A stretch of 63,461 nucleotides of DNA, the filler included, from Octopus bimaculoides (Eukaryota), in assembly GCF_001194135.2 (NCBI RefSeq). It is 4 parts of 4 records of this genome, joined end to end, with 100 filler letters (N's around TTAATTAATTAA, not from the genome) between each part and the next. Parts side by side here need not be neighbours in the genome. Positions count along the whole stretch, not along the records: positions 54,816 to 63,461 come from NC_068983.1; 3 more parts are not named here. The stretch is one strand, 5' to 3'. A program made the position numbers and the translations under genes. Below are positions 55,177 to 63,461 of the stretch, one piece after another. Within the stretch, counting starts at the first letter, position 1, and every line of letters starts with the position of its first letter. The notes beneath the pieces are model-generated. The model worked only from the letters and a program-made list of their open reading frames with translations. It had not been told where the DNA came from and did not search any database.

Positions 55177-55383
55177 TTCAGAGACCTTTTCAACGGGATG
55201 AAGAAAATTCTAGCTGGGCCCCACCTGCAAGGTTGCATACTGTTTATCTTGATATGAGATCACTATGTTGCGCACATGTGGTTGTGATGCATCCTTATCA
55301 GACGGGTAGTCATGAGGGGTATATGGAGCTTCGTATATTTATATCTCGGTGTCACTATGATGGCATGCGCTACTCTCTCATTC
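55177..55383 (+). mobile_element. Non-coding (TAA)n-flanked element, 5'-truncated copy
   Basis: Aligns to ~56843-57075; (TAA)n on both sides (55162-55176 and 55384-55422). Confidence 0.75.
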
Positions 55384-55422
<39 letters not shown>

Positions 55423-55423
<1 letters not shown>

Positions 55424-56415
55424 TGCTTCAACATGTTGAACTGGAATATCAGCAAAATAAAGAAAATTGACAGGAAAATCTGTAAACTGCTGACTTGCAA
55501 TACGATGCACCACCCAAAGGCAGACGCAGATCGTCTTTACCTTCCCAGAGTCCAAAGAATTTGAATCTTGACCCAATTTAAAATCTCTTGCAAATCCATT
55601 ACAATTGGACTGGCCAAATATCTTGAAACATCTAACGATTGGGTGCTAAAGCTCGTTGAAAACCACGAGAGACGTAAGAAGCTTCATTCTGTTATGAACA
55701 AGAGCAAAAATTTGCTAGTGAGTTCATGCATAATACCCAGGCTGAACAGCAAGATGAAAGTGCAGCAACAGTTGTGATAAAGAGGTGAGATTAATGGCAA
55801 AGCAAAAAGCGTTTGAACAATTGGCTGATAGGTGGGAACAAAAACTGAGAGAGAAAATGTAACGATTCTTTGGGACTTTCCAGTACATTCAGACCGGACC
55901 ATCAAAGCTAATAAACTAGGTATTGTTCTGAAAGACGAAAACAATAAAATCTCTTTATTGATTGACATGTGCATACTTTGTGATCATAATATCTCAGCAA
56001 AAGAATTTGATACGCTTAGGAAATATAAAGATTTTCTGGTTGAAATCGAAAAAAAAAGACATCTCAAGACGATTACAATACCAGTGATTGTAGGAGCACT
56101 CCGAATGATCAAAAAAAGGAACTGAAAATTATTTGAGGATGATTCTCGTCTTACCGCCAATGCAAGAAGTGCAAAAGATTGTTTCAACTGGTACGTCGCA
56201 TGTACTAAGGAGAGCATTGTCGCTGTGAATTTTCGTTCCTTTTTCCCCCTTTTATTTATTTTGCTGTCTTTTTCTTTCTTTCTTCCCCTTTTTTTCAACC
56301 AAATAACTTTGTAAATCTGGAGTGTTCATTTTAATGGACTAACAATTTATACAGTTTCGTTGCCCTAGGTGTCGGGAAGACACTCGGCAAGAAATAGAAA
56401 CAAAATTGAAAGAAG
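55423..56415 (+). mobile_element. R4/Dong-like LINE 3' portion, third subfamily, internally deleted
   Basis: MHHPKADADRLYLPR, ILWDFPVHSDRTIKAN, LLIDM, KYKD..VEIEK, PVIVGAL, then a 3' UTR and (TAA)n at 56416-56471. Confidence 0.85.
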
Positions 56416-56471
<56 letters not shown>

Positions 56472-57075
56472 CGAATGTAGTACCAGGCAGTGGCTCTCAT
56501 GGCTTCTGATCTTAATTGATTGGAAGTGTTATCATGNNNNNNNNNNNNNNNNNNNNNNNNNNNNNNNNNNNNNNNNNNNNNNNNNNNNNNNNNNNNNNNN
56601 NNNNNNNNNNNNNNNNNNNNNNNNNNNNNNNNNNNNNNNNNNNNNNNNNNNNNNNNNNNNNNNNNNNNNNNNNNNNNNNNNNNNNNNNNNNNNNNNNNNN
56701 NNNNNNNNNNNNNNNNNNNNNNNNNNNNNNNNNNNNNNNNNNNNNNNNNNNNNNNNNNNNNNNNNNNNNNNNNNCTTAGGGGTTTGAATAATTCACCTTT
56801 AGAAACATGGGTGTTTTGCTCAACATCCTTAAACGAACCTTATTCAGGGACCTTTTGAGTGGGATGGGCTACTCGACCTGAAGAAAATTCTAACTGGGCC
56901 CCACCTGCGAGGTCATGCGCTGTTTATCTTGATATGAGATCATCATGTCGCGCACATATGGTTGTGATGCATGTACCTGGTGTACCCTTATCAGACGGGT
57001 AGTCATGATGGGTATAATGGGCTTCGTATATTTTACCCCAGTGTCACTTTGATGGCATGCACTGCTCTCTCACTC
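56472..57075 (+). mobile_element. Non-coding (TAA)n-flanked element, longer copy, with a gap at 56537-56773
   Basis: Starts right after (TAA)n and ends in (AAT)6 at 57076-57093. The 3' part is homologous to 55177-55383. That both sides of the gap belong to one element is an inference. Confidence 0.65.
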
Positions 57076-57333
57076 AATAATAATAATAATAATCTCTATC
57101 GTTGACACATCACAAATTTTGCTGATGGACTAGTCGATTAAGATGTCCGACCTTGGAAGAGTGAAAAGCAAAGTCGACCTCCATAGGATATAAGTTCGGG
57201 AGTCAGAAATTGAAACAGATGAAATGACCCTTTTTGAAGTTATTATAACGTTGGTGGCAATGACGATGAAGACAACAACGACAATAGCGACGACGATGAC
57301 AGCGACGACGACAACGACGACAACGATGATGAC

Positions 57334-57370
<37 letters not shown>

Positions 57371-57459
57371 GTGTTATCGACCATAACATATTACTGGCAT
57401 CCATTTAATTAACCCCAGAAAGATGAAGGACAAAATTGACATCCATTTATAATAATTTC

Positions 57460-57600
57460 ATGGGAGACGGCAAGTCGATTACATCAACCCTAGTGCTCAA
57501 CAGGTCCTTATTTCATCAACCTCGAAAGGATGAAAGGCAAAGTTGGTTCTAGCGGATTCGAACTCAGAATGTAAAAACCAGAAGAAATGCCGCTAAACAT
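57460..57600 (-). mobile_element. SINE family 2 fragment
   Basis: cgaaaggatgaaaggcaaagt...gattcgaactcagaatgtaaa...aaatgccgctaa is the reverse of the 15782 copy. Further scraps at ~57125-57210 and ~59060-59130. Confidence 0.7.
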
Positions 57601-57619
57601 TAGGTTTATTCCATAGATG

Positions 57620-57810
57620 GGATAAGCCTAAAACCCTTAGCTACTAGTTCAGCTGGATTACCAGCAATTCTTCTAAAAATGCATAAACGATCCCTTGCGA
57701 AACTACTGCAATCTCCCTTTCAGAGCGGATTTGCAAGTGGCAAGCTAAAGGAAGGCTTAATATGTCCCATTCACAACCACTGAAGCAGAACAGATGCTAA
57801 AACTTAGAGG
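57620..57810 (+). mobile_element. CR1/L2/Jockey-type LINE RT-proximal fragment
   Basis: SSAGLPAILLKMHKRSLAKLLQ...KLKEGLICPIH resembles the GPDG-x-PAILLK...V-x-PIHK segment of these RTs. Confidence 0.5.
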
Positions 57811-58674
57811 ACTTAGCATAAATATCAATAAAGGAGTAACTGAACTTGGTTGATTGCTTAGTTTGATATTACTGCTTGATTTTAGATATCGAGTCTGACG
57901 TTACCAATTTAGCCAGTTATAGGTCGTTAGTTCAGTTTGTTTGCAGTTCCAAGTTCCTTGATGCAGTTGCAAAGAATTTTACATGAAGGACCGAAGTTTA
58001 AATTTCTTTGCATGAATGCATAATGAAAAACATTCATCTTTTGTATTCAAAAACAGTCAGATAAAGTAAAAAGCTTGAATTTTTTACGTCGTACCTTAAA
58101 CAACGTCTGTCTCGGCCGTTACATTCCTCTGCGTTGGCGACAATACTCTATTTTATTGTGGGATTGTTTCCCCTTCGGTCTTTCAAAAACAAAATATATT
58201 CTGGGAGAAATCTTTCCTTGCACACGGACTTAAACGAATAAGTGTAGTGTGTGAATCTAACCATAAAGTGTTTTAACAGCACCGTTTGCTGATTTTAAAT
58301 CTGCTCTGTATACTATTCCTTGTGACAGAAGTTTTCTCTTCAGAGTGCATTTGGTCGTCACTCTATAATAACATTTGAGTTGGGTTATTTGTTTGGAGTT
58401 TACGGATTTTAGACTGTGATTAACAATTGTAATCTTATTGTCACTATAAGTAGCTTTACTAGATATTTCAACTTGAAACTGAAACTGCTAGCAAGGGTTC
58501 TATTCTAGTGTGAACTGCTTTATTGATTATCTGTTACTGATTTTAGTTAGGTTTATTGTTGCATCTAGAAAAGATATCTTCATTCTGTGTTCACACACTC
58601 GCGCACACATGCTTGCATACGCGCAAACATATATACTGACATACATACGTATACATACACATATATAAACACAA

Positions 58675-58720
<46 letters not shown>

Positions 58721-58895
58721 GTATATATATATATACACACTCACACACGAACATATACATATGCATATGTATTTGTAAGTGTATGTTTGTGTATTTGTAT
58801 AGGTATGTATATGCATATGTGTATATATGAATGGATGTATGTATATATGTATATATATACATATACACACACACATAGACAGAAAGAGAGAGCGC

Positions 58896-58934
<39 letters not shown>

Positions 58935-59489
58935 GGATACTTTAAAATTGGCGGAAGCCATTTGCTTCCAGGTCTGATACAGTTGATTTTTCTAGAGATA
59001 AAGAGAGAATAGAAAGAGAGAGAGAAAAAAAAGACAGAAGAAACAAGTTTAGTATTTGGCTAGTATTTTGTCTATCGATCCCAATAGCATAAAAAGCAAC
59101 GCTGATCAAAGGGATTTGAACTCAGAGAATANNNNNNNNNNNNNNNNNNNNNNNNNNNNNNNNNNNNNNNNNNNNNNNNNNNNNNNNNNNNNNNNNNNNN
59201 NNNNNNNNNNNNNNNNNNNNNNNNNNNNNNNNNNNNNNNNNNNNNNNNNNNNNNNNNNNNNNNNNNNNNNNNNNNNNNNNNNNNNNNNNNNNNNNNNNNN
59301 NNNNNNNNNNNNNNNNNNNNNNNNNNNNNNNNNNNNNNNNNTAGTACGGAGAACTCTTCCCTAGGGAGTTCACATCCACCATATATAATCAGCGCCATTA
59401 CATTCCCTCTATTCATGTTTATATTCATCTTTGCATTGCCAACTGAAGTATAATGTACTTCGCTGAGGAGTCAGGAAAAGATCGAACTA

Positions 59490-60700
59490 CGAGGGGGGGG
59501 TCTCCAAAACTAATCGAAAACGTTCTCTGTGGGACAAGCCCGTTGTAGTTTAGGCTTCCACCGCTCGAGGTCACTTGAAATGACCCTCAGGCGTCAGTCT
59601 GCTGACCAGCGTCATCGTCTGGCGTCGTACTGCTACCTGGTGCGTCTTTGTTTGCAGTGCTTCTTCCCTGTTCGTCTATTTTTGCGATGGCTGAAACGAA
59701 GGGACAGCGTGGTTCCGTGAAATTCTGCTTTCTGCTGAGGAAAACGATGGCCGAAATAGCTTTCATGCTTCAAACAACTTACAATGACGCCGCCATGAGC
59801 AAAACACGAGGGCGACAGTTGACCTCCCGAACGAATGAAAGCATTACGAAAATTCATGAAGTGATCTTGGAGGACCGTCACCGAACAATTGACGAACTTG
59901 GTATAACTGGTGTATCCTGGAGCTCCTGCCAACGAATTTTGAGTGAAGAATTGCGAATGAAAGAAGTTGCAGCAAAATTTGTGCCTCACTTTCTCACGGA
60001 AGACCAAAAGCAGGCAGGACTGAATGTTTATCGTGAACTGAAAGAACAGTTGGAAGTTGATCCGGATCTTTTTCCGAAAGTCATCACTGGTTACGAAAGC
60101 TGGTGGAAGCATTTAATGGAAGCATTCAATGTCACTACGTCTCCCTAAAAGTGCGTGAAGTGAAGTCCAATGTTAAGACAATGCTGATTTGTTTTTATTG
60201 ATGTGAAAGTAATTGTCCACATAGTATTTGTTCCTCCTGGTCAAACTGTTAACCAGACATATTACTTGGCAATTCTGAAGCGCTTGCAAGACACAGCCAA
60301 TGGCAAAGGAGAGAATGATGGTTTCATCATGACCATGTGCCTGCGCACCCCGCCTGGAGCATAAAACAATTTTTGACCAAAAATGGCATGACTCCGTTTA
60401 CTCACCTTTCCTGTTCACCCGATCTTGCTCCCTGCAACTTTTATAGTTCCCTCGAATGAAAAAAAGTTCTTAAAGGAAAACGTTTTGTAGATGTGGAAGA
60501 AGTGGAGAAAAATCGACGGAGGTGTTTAAAGGCATCACTTCATAACAGTTCTAAGACTGCTTCGAACAGTGGAAAACGCGTCTGGACCGATGCATTGCTT
60601 CAAATGGAAAATACTCTGAAGGCGATAAAAGTCTAAACATGTAAAACTAACTGGATAAAATAATATTGCAAAATACCGATTTCTTTTGGGCACCCCGTCG
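59490..60700 (+). mobile_element. Full-length (1211 bp) inactive mariner, second subfamily
   Basis: TIRs TA|CGAGGGGGGGTCTCCAAAACTAATCG and CGATTTCTTTTGGGCACCCCGTCG|TA. Transposase remnants: QRGSVKFCF, AAKFVPHFLT, VITGYESW, SPDLAPCNF. Deletions and stops. Confidence 0.9.
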
Positions 60701-60800
60701 TATATACCTTTCTGTAAGCACCAATCTGCGTTGTTTTACATTGTCCAAAATATCCTACCAGTTAATCTTATTGGAGTTATTTTCTATGCTTGTTTTTTTT

Positions 60801-60855
<55 letters not shown>

Positions 60856-61161
60856 ATGTTTAAACACTCCGAGAAGGAGAGTTTTTATCTACTGACTTCT
60901 TGTATAATCACAGTCAAAGCTTTGACTTTACTATATTTATATTTAGTATACAGAATGTTTGTTTCCTTCAGTCAAATTTTTCTATGAGAACTCATGTATA
61001 TCCCTTTATATAGAATTCTAAAAAGTACGTCTTCTTAGTTACTCATGTAGTTGCCAAGTTATAAGTTCTAAATTTGACATGTACAATCATCTCTCGTGAG
61101 TCATCTACCATCTAACACAGTCATTTTTACTGATCTCGCTCTTTCTTTCTCTCTCTTTCTC

Positions 61162-61204
<43 letters not shown>

Positions 61205-61436
61205 CTCTCTATTTCTATCTCTATCTCTGTCTCACTCTCTGTCTATCTCTTTATTTTCTAGTCTTTATCATTTTATCTATTCTTACTTTGATCCTTTAAT
61301 CTATTAATCTACATGTCACCACACACGTAGCACAACACATCACCCAAGTTCTCCAAAGCATGGATTAGGTGTAAAACAAACAACATACCACGACCACACA
61401 AAGACACACAAATTCATGCACAAAATCACACACACA

Positions 61437-61494
<58 letters not shown>

Positions 61495-61879
61495 NNNNNN
61501 NNNNNNNNNNNNNNNNNNNNNNNNNNNNNNNNNNNNNNNNNNNNNNNNNNNNNNNNNNNNNNNNNNNNNNNNNNNNNNNNNNNNNNNNNNNNNNNNNNNN
61601 NNNNNNNNNNNNNNNNNNNNNNNNNNNNNNNNNNNNNNNNNNNNNNNNNNNNNNNNNNNNNNNNNNNNNNNNNNNNNNNNNNNNNNNNNNNNNNNNNNNN
61701 NNNNNNNNNNNNNNNNNNNNNNNNNNNNNNNNNNNNNNNNNNNNNNNNNNNNNNNNNNNNNNNNNNNNNNNNNNNNNNNNNNNNNNNNNNNNNNNNNNNN
61801 NNNNNNNNNNNNNNNNNNNNNNNNNNNNNNNNNNNNNNNNNNNNNNNNNNNNNNNNNNNNNNNNNNNNNNNNNNNNNNN

Positions 61880-61917
<38 letters not shown>

Positions 61918-61955
61918 GCTCTCTCTCTCTTCCGCTCTCTCTCTCTCTCCCTCTT

Positions 61956-61992
<37 letters not shown>

Positions 61993-62614
61993 CAATCTCT
62001 TATCTCTTTTACTCTCTCTCTCTCTCTCTCATTCTCGCTTTAAAAATGCGCAACAGTGCATTTCAAAACTAGAGAACATTGGATTTTTGAATTTTCCTTT
62101 AAGGAATCCCTAAACTACATGAGAACTGCTCCATATAATTTTCCTGTACTCAAATGTAAACTCATTTTAGGCGAGCGGGAAAATGGAATTGTGCGATGAA
62201 ACTTATGCTTTTACCTAATTTCCCAAATTAGCCACCAAAGTTCATAAATCGAAATCACATGAATATTCAAGTTATGTAGTGTACGGTACTGACCCTACAC
62301 TGTTGTATGAATATATGTCCTCTGTGTGGCGTATGTGCGCGCGCACGTGTGTGTGTGCGTGCATGTGTGTATGTCTGTGAGGGGAGGTCTGTGTCTGTGT
62401 CTGAGCGCGCGTGTTTCAATAAACTCACGACTATATTCCAAGTTTTTTACTTTTTTATTACAGATGTTTTATATTTTCGTATCAGTTTCTTGCTGGTATT
62501 TTAAAACAAAATTGTTCCCAAATCCATGTTTAACATATCCAGACTTTCAGTCTCGTTTTCATGAATTGTGATAGATTTGGTGTCTCAGTTGCTTTTTATA
62601 GACTGGTGGAATTG

Positions 62615-62929
62615 TAAGTGAGAGAGAGAGAGACAGAGACAGACAGAGAGACAGACAGAGAGAGAGAGACACACACAGAGAGACAGACAGACAGACAGAG
62701 AGAGACAGACAGAGAGAGACAGACAGAGAGAGACAGACAGAGAGAGACAGACAGAGAGAGACAGACAGAGAGAGACAGACAGAGAGAGACAGACAGAGAG
62801 AGAGAGTGANNNNNNNNNNACAGACAGAGAGAGACAGACAGAGAGAGACAGACAGAGAGAGACAGACAGAGAGAGACAGACAGAGAGAGACAGACAGAGA
62901 GAGAGAGTGAGAGAGAGTGAGAGAGAGTG

Positions 62930-62964
<35 letters not shown>

Positions 62965-62975
62965 GTGTGTGTGTG
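62615..62975. repeat. Compound (AGAC/AG)n micro/minisatellite
   Basis: Direct reading; recurring gagagagacagaca unit. Confidence 0.9.
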
Positions 62976-63461
62976 AAGATGCAGATGAAGATACAGGCTT
63001 ACTTTGTACTATTCTAAAACCCAACAAAACTGTTAGGCATTGTCGTACCTACGCAGGTAAATAGAGAAAACATTAAGGCCATGAAAGATTTGGAATAGCA
63101 ACTTGTTCGTGTAAGAAGCATTTTCAGGTTGGGAAAAATTTTTTCCCTTATATCGAGGATTGTTTGATTCCTATGGAATGTCACGAGAAGTACTAGCATT
63201 TGAGATGAAGATCTACTGAAGAGAACCTTAAAACTGGGTGCCCTTCCGAATGGCCCCTTCCCCAACAACGAACAACGATACAACGCAAAAGCGCGGGCTG
63301 TGACATGAGAGAAATCATCTTTCCGAAGATGTACACAAATTTAAAACTTCTCACGTGGTTTTTAAAAGACAAAAAAAATTGAATATGTAAAGTGTTGCCG
63401 CTAAATATTTCTGCGACTGCTGTTTGATGAACAAGAAATATGAACTGAGTCAACAGTCAGT

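Noticed and set aside
58096-58180. Minus-strand segment with good acceptor and donor
   Set aside because: Stops in all three frames; a non-coding exon cannot be supported without RNA data.

Overview
Eukaryotic, repeat-dense draft-assembly window with many N gaps and microsatellites. The SINE families and microsatellite load resemble Octopus DNA, but that is recognition, not a search result. No intact host gene could be identified, only a few unverified exon candidates. Most interpretable sequence is decayed mobile DNA: an RTE-type LINE; several restriction-like-endonuclease (RLE; R4/Dong-like) LINE copies from at least three subfamilies, mostly anchored on (TAA)n tracts; a head-to-tail stack of Tx1/L1-type LINEs; two full-length mariner relics; a pogo-like transposon; piggyBac- and Tigger-like MITEs; two tRNA-derived SINE families; and a CR1/L2-type fragment. 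The most interesting signals are (i) a (TAA)n-targeting retroelement set, including a covarying CCCWAGG-stem-loop-CTCGG motif in three divergent 3' UTRs and a non-coding passenger element, (ii) a mariner whose two ends are each extended by (TAA)n plus an outward-facing LINE, and (iii) an alternating-orientation ~315 bp inverted repeat with polypurine spacers. Most long ORFs in the supplied track are N-gap or microsatellite artefacts. Boundaries of decayed elements are approximate.
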